Counted from the stretch's first letter, positions 50,252 through 58,615 are shown. The stretch is 64,000 nucleotides of DNA from Candidatus Hecatella orcuttiae (GCA_002011035.2 MTLY02000002.1:224001-288000), one strand, 5' to 3'. The notes: generated from the letters alone by a model not told the origin. Numbers and translations are program-made.

Positions 50252-50302
50252 TTATTTTTTCTTTCCTTTTTTCCCTTTCTTCCCGCTTTTCTTTTTTGCC
50301 AT
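50252..50302 (-). CDS. Putative 16-aa basic micropeptide MAKKKSGKKGKKGKKK
   Basis: ATG preceded by GAGGT RBS and a TTTTTAAA TATA-like box about 40 nt upstream; clean TAA stop. Confidence 0.45.
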   Translation of the reverse strand: MAKKKSGKKGKKGKKK

Positions 50303-50367
50303 TATTTCTAACCTCGCCGTTAGATTTTTGAGTCTTCTTCTTTAAAAATTTTGCGATACAGACGTGT

Positions 50368-50697
50368 TCAAATTTCCAGCCGAGTTGTTTTCGGCCTTTC
50401 CCGGGGTTTAAGGAATTCGGATCCCTTTTCGGTTATCTCCACATCGTATTCCAAAAAGGTTTTGGCCTGGGTTCGAATTTTCTCGTTCATTTCTTTCAAC
50501 TCTTCGAGGGAGAATTTAGCCATGATCTCCGGGTTTGAAACCCACTGCAACCATCCTGCAAGGCTTCGCTGCATCACTTGAAGAGAAAAGTAAAGGCTTC
50601 TTACCAGTTCAAGGCGATCCAATTCACCGGAGGCCTTAAGCTCGTCCATCAGCTTCAAAAGCCTTCTGGTTTCCCGAGTCCATCTATCTTCACTCAG
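50368..50697 (-). CDS. DUF2153-like protein
   Basis: DRLELV...MQRSLAGWLQWVSNP..M..FSLEEL...FLEYD; start inferred at CTG 50697 (GGTGA 6 nt upstream) giving MSEDRWTRE. Confidence 0.75.
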   Translation of the reverse strand: MSEDRWTRETRRLLKLMDELKASGELDRLELVRSLYFSLQVMQRSLAGWLQWVSNPEIMAKFSLEELKEMNEKIRTQAKTFLEYDVEITEKGSEFLKPRERPKTTRLEI

Positions 50698-50772
50698 CCC
50701 TCCTCACCTGTCAGAATCTCTCCCCGCCCAGCTTTTAACCTTGCGTCCTGAAGACCTGAAGCGTTGTAGCTG

Positions 50773-51666
50773 TCAAAGGAAGAACGCGACTAGATATCCA
50801 ACTCCCAGCAAGGCCTGTGTTCCCAACACCACCAGCACGTTCGCTGCTAAAGCGGGGACCACCTTTTCTTTCTCTAGGAGGCCTTTCCAAGCTTCTCGGA
50901 CGGCTTTCATCCCCCAAGGAAACGTCAGCAGCCCCAGCAAGGCTGGGATGGGCATGAACCCGGCGGCCGTACTTCCTATTATCCACAGGTACATGCCGAG
51001 ACTCAGCGCCACATAGAGCCGCCCTGCCTTCCGCTTGCCCAAGGAGAGCACTAGGTTTCTTCTCCTTCCTGCCCTATCAGGTTCCACGTCGGGGAACTCG
51101 TTGAGAAACAGGAGGTTGTGGGTGAGTATCAAGGCGGGAACAGAGGCCACCGCCGCATCCCAACTATAGAAGCCGGTTTGGACGAAGTAGGCTCCTAGGA
51201 CAGGTAGGGCTCCCAGCCCTAACCCTGCGCTTAGTTCTCCCACCAGCCAGCGGGCGAAATGGGTTGTGTAGAAGTAGACGAAGAGAGCTCCCAAAACCAG
51301 GATGGGAACCAGCAGCACACCTTTAACGGCTACGAAGTAGGCTGCTATGGGAACCGCTAAAAGTAGGCAGCCGACGCCAAACCGGTAGACGGAGACAGGT
51401 CTGAGAAGCCCCGCTGGGAGGAGGCCGCTTCCTCCGCTGAAGGGAGTCCTCTCAGCCATCAAATCTATCCCCGTCTTATAGTCCCAATAATCGTTCAGGA
51501 CGTTAACGCTTGCGTGCACCAGTAGTAACCCAGCTAGGGCCATGAGGAAATGGAGAGGATTAAAAAAACCGTGGTAGACGGCTACAGAGGTTCCGAGGAA
51601 AACCAAGACCACGGACAGGAGGAGAAAATGAGGCCTTGTTTCCATAAACCACAATCGGGCGTCCAT
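50773..51666 (-). CDS. UbiA/MenA-family prenyltransferase
   Basis: TRPHFL, NVLNDYWDYKTGID, FSGGSG, NEFPDVEPD. Confidence 0.88.
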   Translation of the reverse strand: MDARLWFMETRPHFLLLSVVLVFLGTSVAVYHGFFNPLHFLMALAGLLLVHASVNVLNDYWDYKTGIDLMAERTPFSGGSGLLPAGLLRPVSVYRFGVGCLLLAVPIAAYFVAVKGVLLVPILVLGALFVYFYTTHFARWLVGELSAGLGLGALPVLGAYFVQTGFYSWDAAVASVPALILTHNLLFLNEFPDVEPDRAGRRRNLVLSLGKRKAGRLYVALSLGMYLWIIGSTAAGFMPIPALLGLLTFPWGMKAVREAWKGLLEKEKVVPALAANVLVVLGTQALLGVGYLVAFFL

Positions 51667-51819
51667 AAAATGGAAACAGAGGCGGATCTACATAAGTTTT
51701 TAACCGTCTTCCATCTTTTCTCCAGCCGGCTGGCTTGGATGAATATGTTTATATGCTCAAAAGCAAAGACTCTAAATACCCTCCTGTTCCATTCGACCTA
51801 AAGGAACTAGGGAGTTCCA

Positions 51820-53031
51820 ATGCTGATAGAGACGCCAAGGTATACTGAAAGATTCGGCTCCGTCCGAATCCACGGAACCCAAAGAGTTTTGGAGTTGGAC
51901 AGTGGAGACGAAGAAGAGGCCCTCCTAGAGCCGGCTGTTCGAAAGATATCTAGACAGGCCATAGCGCAGATAGAGAAGAGAATGGCCATTGTTATTCCGA
52001 TAAAGGGGGAGGAACTCAAACTGTTTGAAGGAGTTCTCAGCGGGATTCCCCACAACTGCCTCATCATCGTCGTCTCCAACAGCCAGCGGGAGCCTGTGGA
52101 TCGCTACAGGATGGAGAGGGATGCGTTAGAGCACTTCTGCAAGTTTACCAAGCGCCCAGCCGTCATCATCCATCAGAAGGACAGAGTTATCGCTGAAGCT
52201 TTGAAAAAAGCCGGATACAGAAGCATCCTAGGCGAAGACGGCTTGGTCAAAGACGGAAAAGCTGAAGGCATGATCCTCGGCATCCTCTTGGCTAAGCTGG
52301 CTGGGAAGGACTACGTGGGCTTTGTGGACGCTGACAACTACATGCCGGGAGCTGTCCATGAGTACGTGGAAAACTTCGCCGCCGGCTTTACCATACCTGA
52401 ATCCCCCTTCGTCATGGTGAGGAACGCGTGGCTGTTCAAACCGAAGATTCTGGGAACGGATGTCTATTTTAAAAAATGGGGGAGAGTCTCAGAGCTCACA
52501 AACCAGCATGTGAACTCCATCATTTCAGCGCACACCCATTTCGAGACCGAGGTGATAAAAACCGCCAACGCCGGGGAGCATGCCCTCAGCATGCCTTTGG
52601 CTTCCATCCTCCCTTTCGCCTCAGGCTTCGCCGTGGAGCCTTACGAATTGATGTTCATTTTCGAGCAGTTTGGCGGGATAAAACCCACCGCCTATAAGGA
52701 GGTAGTGGAGAAAGGCATTGACATCTACCAAATAGAAACGAGAAACCCCCACTTCCACAAGGAGAAAGGCGACAAACATGTGGCGGAAATGCTTCTAGCC
52801 TCCCTCGCCGCCGTATACTACAGCAGCATTTGCGACGAGGAAACAAAGAAAGCCATCAGAAACGACCTAGCAAGGCATAAAGTTTCTCCAGCAAACAGAG
52901 AGCCTCCAAAACCAGTGATTTATCCCCCCATCAAAAACGTCAACATAGACGCTTTTAGAGAGGCAGTGAAAGAAATAATACCGGCAGTTGAAACCATGTT
53001 TAAGAACAGCTTAACTGCAAAACGGAAATAG
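51820..53031 (+). CDS. mpgS: Mannosyl-3-phosphoglycerate synthase (GT55)
   Basis: MLIETPRYTERFGSV, GKAEGM, GFVDADNY, WGRVSE, TANAGEHA, ETRNPHFH. Confidence 0.93.
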   Translation: MLIETPRYTERFGSVRIHGTQRVLELDSGDEEEALLEPAVRKISRQAIAQIEKRMAIVIPIKGEELKLFEGVLSGIPHNCLIIVVSNSQREPVDRYRMERDALEHFCKFTKRPAVIIHQKDRVIAEALKKAGYRSILGEDGLVKDGKAEGMILGILLAKLAGKDYVGFVDADNYMPGAVHEYVENFAAGFTIPESPFVMVRNAWLFKPKILGTDVYFKKWGRVSELTNQHVNSIISAHTHFETEVIKTANAGEHALSMPLASILPFASGFAVEPYELMFIFEQFGGIKPTAYKEVVEKGIDIYQIETRNPHFHKEKGDKHVAEMLLASLAAVYYSSICDEETKKAIRNDLARHKVSPANREPPKPVIYPPIKNVNIDAFREAVKEIIPAVETMFKNSLTAKRK

Positions 53032-53125
53032 AACTCTTCCCTTCCTCCGACGTGGAAACTGAAATCCCCTAAATCCACCTTAAAGCTTGCAGTGAAATCT
53101 TTCCAAAAAGTGAAAAGGGGTAAAA

Positions 53126-53872
53126 TTGGACAAGTTACACCGAAACATTTCAGAAGCATTCAACCTTCGCAGCGGGGAAATAGTTACATTGGTGGGGGCG
53201 GGAGGGAAGACGACCTTCATGTTCACATTAGCCCAAGAACTGGCTTCTCAAGGTAAAAAAGTCATCACAACCACCACCACAAAAATCTGGGTACCTGCCA
53301 ACGGAGAAACTGAGCGCTTCATCGTAGATGTTGAAGGAAACCTTCCCTCCAACGTTTTCGAAAGACATCATCACGCAACCTGCGTAACACGAGTTTTTAG
53401 GGAAAACCTACGTGACAAAGCTGAGGGAGTTAACCCTCAAAAGATAGGGGAATGGCTGTCAGCCCTCAAACCACACTGCATCATCGTGGAGGCTGACGGA
53501 GCAAGAGGCAAACCCTTCAAAGCCCCCGCAAGCTATGAGCCGGTGATACCTCCGGATACAACCCTCTACATACCCATGGTAAGCGTAGAGGTTTTGGGGA
53601 AAAAACTGACCGCTGAGGCTGCTCACCGACCTGAAATCGTCGCCAAGCTGACAGGCATAAACCACGGGGATAAGATCACCGCTTCCACCGTGGCGAAGGT
53701 GTTGAAGCATTATCTGCAGATGACCCCGTCCCAAGCCCGCTCCATAGTTTTTGTGAACAAGCTCCTTTCTGAAGAAGACGTTAAAAAAGTCATGCCCTTG
53801 GCAGAGCATCTGAAAGGGGAAAAAATAGTCTTCGGCGACGTTCACTCCAAAAAATTCTGGAAGATAACCTGA
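53126..53872 (+). CDS. yqeC: YqeC-like selenium-dependent hydroxylase accessory protein
   Basis: LVGAGGKTT, TTTTTKI, VEADGARGKPFKAP..YEPVIP, HRPE. Confidence 0.82.
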   Translation: MDKLHRNISEAFNLRSGEIVTLVGAGGKTTFMFTLAQELASQGKKVITTTTTKIWVPANGETERFIVDVEGNLPSNVFERHHHATCVTRVFRENLRDKAEGVNPQKIGEWLSALKPHCIIVEADGARGKPFKAPASYEPVIPPDTTLYIPMVSVEVLGKKLTAEAAHRPEIVAKLTGINHGDKITASTVAKVLKHYLQMTPSQARSIVFVNKLLSEEDVKKVMPLAEHLKGEKIVFGDVHSKKFWKIT

Positions 53873-53918
53873 ACTTGTCCACTGCTTTTCTCTTCGAACG
53901 AGAAGCTTAGCCGGACGC

Positions 53919-54989
53919 CTATTCCTTAAGCCTATGCCTGTCAAGTATGGGAAGCAGCTTATCTATCTCTATTTCTCCAACACCCACCGCCGAGTCCGCA
54001 GCGCCGTAGGTGACCAGCAGCCTATTGGCTGCCTTTTGAATGCCGCAGGGGAAAACCGTGTAGGGCCTTTCTCCGTAGAGTTCATAGCTCATCTTAGGCT
54101 CCATGATATAGTGGGGAGTAACCGCCGTCAACCTAACCTCTTCCTCGCAGCTCAGTAGGACGGCGAAAACCCGGTAGCCTTCAAAGCGTCTGTCCACCCC
54201 ATGGACTAGTAGCAGGTATTCTCCGCCTCCAACCTCCACAGGAGGTGTCGCCCAGCCGAGTTTCGCCTCAAAGCTCGCTGGGTTCATGAGCACCGTGGTT
54301 TCTGTAACCACCACTTCTGACAGCCCGCTGTCGGTCTTTTCCAAAATATCTATTGGCACCTTGCTCACCGCTAAGTAGAAGTTTTCATCGGTGAGATGCG
54401 GCCTGTGGAATAGGAAGAGTTCTCTTTTCTTAGTCTTAAGCAGAAAGGCGTCTTTGTCGCTGACGACTTGTTTTCTTATTTCTTTAGTCAGCCGGAAAAC
54501 GTAGTTTTTTCTCCAATTTTTTAGATCCTTTGAAACAGCTGTAATTGGAAGGGTTCTTTCAACTCTGATTGCCGGGTTGAAGTAGTTCACCGTCCTCCCG
54601 CAGTAGGTCATCATCAACTTATCGTCTATGCGGTAGACGCGGGGGTCTTCGATTCCCCAAAAGTCGTATTCGCTGTCGGGGCAGAGGATGAGCTCCACAG
54701 GGTAATGGCTGACGCTTAGATATCCTTCGTATATGTCTGATAAACCGGCTTCCAGCATAGCCACAGCGCTGGTGTAGGTGAAATAGCCCAGCACGATGCG
54801 GAGGTAGATCCTGATGGTTTCGTTTTCAACGCTTAGGGAAGGGTTAAAAATAGTTGTAGGGTTCTCTACCGGGTAATTTTTCAAATGAACCCTGTTGGCA
54901 GTTATCACACCGAGTCTTTTAACAAGGTCTAAGGTTTTAAACTCCCTCAGATTCCCAGCCTTCGCCGCTTCTCTTGAAACCTTGAACAT
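53919..54989 (-). CDS. GH130-like beta-propeller glycosidase/mannoside phosphorylase
   Basis: IFNPS, GIEDPRV, DKDAFL, FHRP, HGVD, VFPCG, YGAAD. Confidence 0.85.
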   Translation of the reverse strand: MFKVSREAAKAGNLREFKTLDLVKRLGVITANRVHLKNYPVENPTTIFNPSLSVENETIRIYLRIVLGYFTYTSAVAMLEAGLSDIYEGYLSVSHYPVELILCPDSEYDFWGIEDPRVYRIDDKLMMTYCGRTVNYFNPAIRVERTLPITAVSKDLKNWRKNYVFRLTKEIRKQVVSDKDAFLLKTKKRELFLFHRPHLTDENFYLAVSKVPIDILEKTDSGLSEVVVTETTVLMNPASFEAKLGWATPPVEVGGGEYLLLVHGVDRRFEGYRVFAVLLSCEEEVRLTAVTPHYIMEPKMSYELYGERPYTVFPCGIQKAANRLLVTYGAADSAVGVGEIEIDKLLPILDRHRLKE

Positions 54990-55138
54990 AACCGCGCCAA
55001 CAACTCCCCGGCTGGTTGCCTTAAAATAAATTTTAGGCGATGCTCTGCCCTTTTAGTTTTTATGCACCAAATCCTAGCATAATAGAAACAGACGGAATAG
55101 AAACGGCCATTCTACGGTGAAGCTTTTGCTGTCATCTC

Positions 55139-55618
55139 TTACTTCTCCCCGGGAAGTTTGAGCTGGGCTTCTTTGCGGGTTTTAAGAACGGTTATGACTT
55201 TTGTGTCTGTGATGTTGGGGGAAGAGCGTATTTTCCCCACTACGATGTTTCTCAAGTCTTCGTTGGTTTTCACCCGTACTTTGGCGATGATGTCGTATTC
55301 CCCGTGAGTTTCATGGATCTCCAGTACTTCATCCATGCTTTCAAGACTTTTAACCACCTCTTCGATGGTGTTGGGTTTCACGTTGATCTCGATGAAGGCA
55401 GCTACAGCTTTCTCCACCCGGGTGGGCGCCAACACGGTGGTGAATTTTTCGATGACGCCAGTTTCCTGAAGTTTCTTAACCCTCGCGTGGACGGTGGGGT
55501 CGGAAACACCCAGCTCTTTGGCTATTTCTACGAAAGGCTTTCTGGAGTCTTCTTGGAGCATTCGGATGATTTTTTTGTCAAGGTCGTCTATTTCTGTATC
55601 TTGACTCATCGTTCCCAA
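55139..55618 (-). CDS. Lrp/AsnC family transcription regulator
   Basis: IDDLDKKII..LQEDSR, TVHARVKKL, GEYDIIAKV. Confidence 0.93.
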   Translation of the reverse strand: MGTMSQDTEIDDLDKKIIRMLQEDSRKPFVEIAKELGVSDPTVHARVKKLQETGVIEKFTTVLAPTRVEKAVAAFIEINVKPNTIEEVVKSLESMDEVLEIHETHGEYDIIAKVRVKTNEDLRNIVVGKIRSSPNITDTKVITVLKTRKEAQLKLPGEK

Positions 55619-55655
55619 ACTTCAGTTACTAGGTTTCGCATATATATAAATTTTA

Positions 55656-55730
55656 TTAGATAATTTTGTTAAAAGGTTGTCTAAAATTAGAAAGACTAAT
55701 TATTAAGGTAAGTTTATTTAGAAGTTCTAA
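55656..55730. promoter_or_regulatory. Three 31-bp-phased TTAGA / TTAG-N5-CTAA boxes (candidate Lrp operator)
   Basis: TTAGAtaattttg 55656, TTAGAaagaCTAA 55687, TTAGAagtTCTAA 55718; just upstream of the lrp TATA box (55641-55650, minus strand). Confidence 0.5.
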
Positions 55731-55779
55731 CTTAAAGCTACTGGAAAAACTGCGAGGGAAGGCTGAGAGGTGTTCTCAG

Positions 55780-56622
55780 ATGAGCGTCGACGTTGTAATG
55801 GTGGTGAAAAACGGAAGTCCCCATCTGAGAGAATGCCTCAACAGCCTCTACGCCAACGTACCCGTAAACAAGCTTATCGTGGTGGACGGAGGCTCCGAGG
55901 ATGGCACCCTTTCTATTGTTAGGAGATATTCTCGCACCTTGATACTCAACGACGACGGTGGCACTAGAGCTACGGCTAGGCAGAAAGGGATAGAGTCTGT
56001 GGAAACCGACTGGTTCATGTTTCTTGACAGCGATGTCATCCTTTCCCCCAACTGGTTCGCGAGGGTTTCACCTTACATGTCCATCCCCAGCATCGGTGCT
56101 GTGCAGGGAGTGGACTTGCCGCTTTGCGATGAGGTTCAAATATTCAACAGGTCGGTGAGCCGCATCTGGAAGAACACTCAACCTTTCAACCTAGGCCTTC
56201 CCGTGGTGAAGGGTATCTTTACAGGCGACACCCTCATTCGAAGGGAAGCCGTGGCTGGGATACGGATTCCTCCATACCTTCACGTGTATGAGGACCGCTA
56301 TATTCGAAGCTACATAGAGAAAAGAGGATACAAGTGGGTCGTCGCTCCCGAGGCTGCTTGCATTCACTACACGCGCAGAAAAAGCCTCGACGCCTACTAC
56401 CTCGGCTTTATCGATACATCTTTAAATAATGATGGAATGAAGGGGAGCCTACCTCACCTCCTGAAAAACGCAGCTGTGTGTTTGCCGGGTATGTTGGTTA
56501 ACCCTAGGGTTACGGCAAAATGCCTTAAACTCCTCCTCTGGAATTTGGTGGGCTCACTTAAAGCCATATCCACCAAGCCTGTTTTGGATAAGGGGTTGTC
56601 CTCGGATATCGCAGGGTATTGA
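55780..56622 (+). CDS. Glycosyltransferase family 2
   Basis: IVVDGGSEDGT, ARQKG, FLDSD DxD, ED motif; ATG 55780 with GAGGTG RBS. Confidence 0.9.
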   Translation: MSVDVVMVVKNGSPHLRECLNSLYANVPVNKLIVVDGGSEDGTLSIVRRYSRTLILNDDGGTRATARQKGIESVETDWFMFLDSDVILSPNWFARVSPYMSIPSIGAVQGVDLPLCDEVQIFNRSVSRIWKNTQPFNLGLPVVKGIFTGDTLIRREAVAGIRIPPYLHVYEDRYIRSYIEKRGYKWVVAPEAACIHYTRRKSLDAYYLGFIDTSLNNDGMKGSLPHLLKNAAVCLPGMLVNPRVTAKCLKLLLWNLVGSLKAISTKPVLDKGLSSDIAGY

Positions 56623-56637
56623 AGGGGTGAAAAGTCC

Positions 56638-57771
56638 ATGAAAATAGGTATGATGACGTTGTGGAACTGTTCAGGAGGCCCATCTATCCACGCTGAGCTT
56701 ATCGGCAGAGAATGGGTGAGAATGGGGCATGAGCTAATTGTGTTCTCTAATTTCAAATCCGACTTTCCCCGCTACTGGCAGGTGGACGGGCAGCTCTTCC
56801 CTCACGAAATGCTTGTGCGAGAAGATGAACCCTACGTTGTGAGAAATTTTACTATCCCCAGCTGGACGTCCTACTCGCTTTTGGACACGGGTCCTATTTT
56901 AAACGCTGACTTCGACGTGTTTGTGGCCCAGAACTTGGAACTTCTTCCAATGCGGGAGTTGCTTAAAGTTTTCCCCAAGATTAAGGCGAAAGCTAAAACT
57001 GTTCTCATTCTCCATGAAGGCCGACTGCCTCAGGATCCGGATTTTTACAGGTTTTCGTGGGACAGTGTGGTATGCTTCGATGAACGTTATTTAAGCCTGT
57101 TTAGGAACGTATTCCCCCACCTTAAGATAATCCGTTTTCCATGCCACCCGTGGAAGAGGGGAGACAAAGAGGCTGCCCGAAAGAAGCTAGGCCTCCCCTT
57201 GGACAGAAAGATAGTCTTGATCTTCGGTTTCAGGGTTGAAGACTACAGCCCCATCATCCCGCCTCTGGCAGAGGTGAACAGCAAGTTTCCCCTGACGGTT
57301 TTGGTTCTGAGCAGCAACCACGTTGGAATAAACAAACTTCTAAGCCTGCCCAAAGGAAAACTGGACATGAGAGTTCGAAAAGGTTTACTGAAGGTGGAAG
57401 ATCTCTACGAGTACCTCCACGCAGCCGACGCTCTCTGCATCTACAGGAAATCCGAACCCGACGCCGTGGTGCTGTCCAGCACCGCTTACTTGGCTCTAGG
57501 TTCAGGATGCCCTCTGGTGGTAAGTGACTGCAACTATTTTGAGGACCTAGACCAAGAGGTTATGAAGTACTCGAAGCCGGAAGAACTCAAGGACCGGCTT
57601 CTCGAAGTTTTTGAGGGCCAACCTAGTTTTAAGCGAAGCCAGCATGCGGCGAAAGAATTCGTCCGCTTGCACTCTTCTGAAAAAATTGCCCAAGAGTACA
57701 TTCAACTCTTCGAATCCCTAAGCCTCGAAGCCCGCTTGGTGGCGAAGACCCCGATGCCTACGACGGCATGA
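56638..57771 (+). CDS. GT-B fold glycosyltransferase (GT4-like)
   Basis: MKIGMMTLW..GGPSIHAE, ARKKLGL, YLHAADA, ALGSGCPLVVSD. Confidence 0.78.
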   Translation: MKIGMMTLWNCSGGPSIHAELIGREWVRMGHELIVFSNFKSDFPRYWQVDGQLFPHEMLVREDEPYVVRNFTIPSWTSYSLLDTGPILNADFDVFVAQNLELLPMRELLKVFPKIKAKAKTVLILHEGRLPQDPDFYRFSWDSVVCFDERYLSLFRNVFPHLKIIRFPCHPWKRGDKEAARKKLGLPLDRKIVLIFGFRVEDYSPIIPPLAEVNSKFPLTVLVLSSNHVGINKLLSLPKGKLDMRVRKGLLKVEDLYEYLHAADALCIYRKSEPDAVVLSSTAYLALGSGCPLVVSDCNYFEDLDQEVMKYSKPEELKDRLLEVFEGQPSFKRSQHAAKEFVRLHSSEKIAQEYIQLFESLSLEARLVAKTPMPTTA

Positions 57772-57783
57772 ACCAAAAAGAAC

Positions 57784-57868
57784 AGACACCCCCCTTTTAC
57801 CTGACTTTTTAATTTTTTAACACCCTACTGTAGTGTCAGGGCAGAGCTTTCGCCCCTGCTAGGTGTCT
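57784..57868 (-). ncRNA. Candidate structured RNA (three-way junction with GAAA tetraloop) downstream of tRNA-Ala
   Basis: Minus-strand stems AGACACC/GGTGTCT, GCAGGGGC-GAAA-GCTCTGC and CCTGAC/GTCAGG. Confidence 0.3.
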
Positions 57869-57900
57869 TCAGAATTCATCTAACATGGGAAGAAATGGGA

Positions 57901-58017
57901 TGGTGGACCGGCCGGGACTTGAACCCGGGACCTTACGGGGCATCCAGCCGCCTTTCCGCATATTGGGGAAACCGTCCATGCCAAGCGGACGATCATTCCA
58001 CGCTGATCTACCGGCCC
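57901..58017 (-). tRNA. tRNA-Ala(GGC) with two introns (37/38: 57961-57978; 44/45: 57933-57953) and encoded CCA
   Basis: Acceptor GGGCCGG/CCGGTCC with G3:U70; D arm GATC/GATC; anticodon stem TCCGC/GCGGA with loop TT-GGC-AT after splicing; T arm CCGGG-TTCAAGT-CCCGG; both introns form BHB motifs. Confidence 0.93.
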
Positions 58018-58108
58018 ATGAGGGGCGGATTAGCCAAGTTTCTGATAGGATGCGGAGCTTATTATTGTTTCTGCACGTTTATTGCTTCGGAACCCTCGAA
58101 AGCCGCCG

Positions 58109-58246
58109 TTAACAAGGCGTGAAAGTTTTCTTGAATTTTTTTGTTTCACCGTATCCGCAAGCAGCGCAGCGTTTTTTGATTATATGGTAGGCTCGGCGGC
58201 CGCAGCGTCTGCACCGCGTATGGACTGGTTTGTTGAATTTGCCCAT
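58109..58246 (-). CDS. rpl37e: 50S ribosomal protein eL37
   Basis: Manually translated: [33 protein letters not shown]...; downstream of Sm as is typical; possible CTG start at 58258. Confidence 0.93.
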   Translation of the reverse strand: MGKFNKPVHTRCRRCGRRAYHIIKKRCAACGYGETKKFKKTFTPC

Positions 58247-58282
58247 GGAGATTGCCAGAGTGCTTGCCCCCTTCTGAAGATC

Positions 58283-58513
58283 TTAGGTTTTAGGCGGAGA
58301 GATCATGATGACGTTGTCGCCTCGGAGGATGATGGTTCCCAGCCCGCTGGCTTTGTCAGCCTCCGAAACATCTTCCGCTTCTCCCAACAGTAAATTCATA
58401 TGCTGGTCGAAGCCTTGAAGCCTACCTCGAATGCTTTTCCCGCCTCTCAATTTTACCAAGACAACTTTTCCGACGCTTTCCTCGAGAAGTTTTACCGCCA
58501 TATCATCAGGCAT
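58283..58513 (-). CDS. Sm-like archaeal protein (SmAP/Lsm)
   Basis: VLVKLRGG..IRGRLQGFDQHMNLLL (Sm1), IILRGDNVIMISP (Sm2). Confidence 0.95.
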   Translation of the reverse strand: MPDDMAVKLLEESVGKVVLVKLRGGKSIRGRLQGFDQHMNLLLGEAEDVSEADKASGLGTIILRGDNVIMISPPKT

Positions 58514-58615
58514 CAGGGTTCAACGCTCCTCAGTTTCTAGAATGGAGAGACATGGAATTATAAAAGTATCGCTGAAAAAATATTATGAGCATGGAAAGCC
58601 GCTGAGGTAAAAGCT

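Noticed and set aside
51820-57901. Integrated element at the tRNA-Ala 3' end
   Set aside because: No integrase or transposase, and no duplicate of the tRNA 3' sequence (TGGTGGACCGGCC) was spotted elsewhere in the window
57885-58122. Plus-strand ORFs 57885-58112 and 57895-58122
   Set aside because: They overlap the tRNA-Ala gene and its promoter on the opposite strand; spurious
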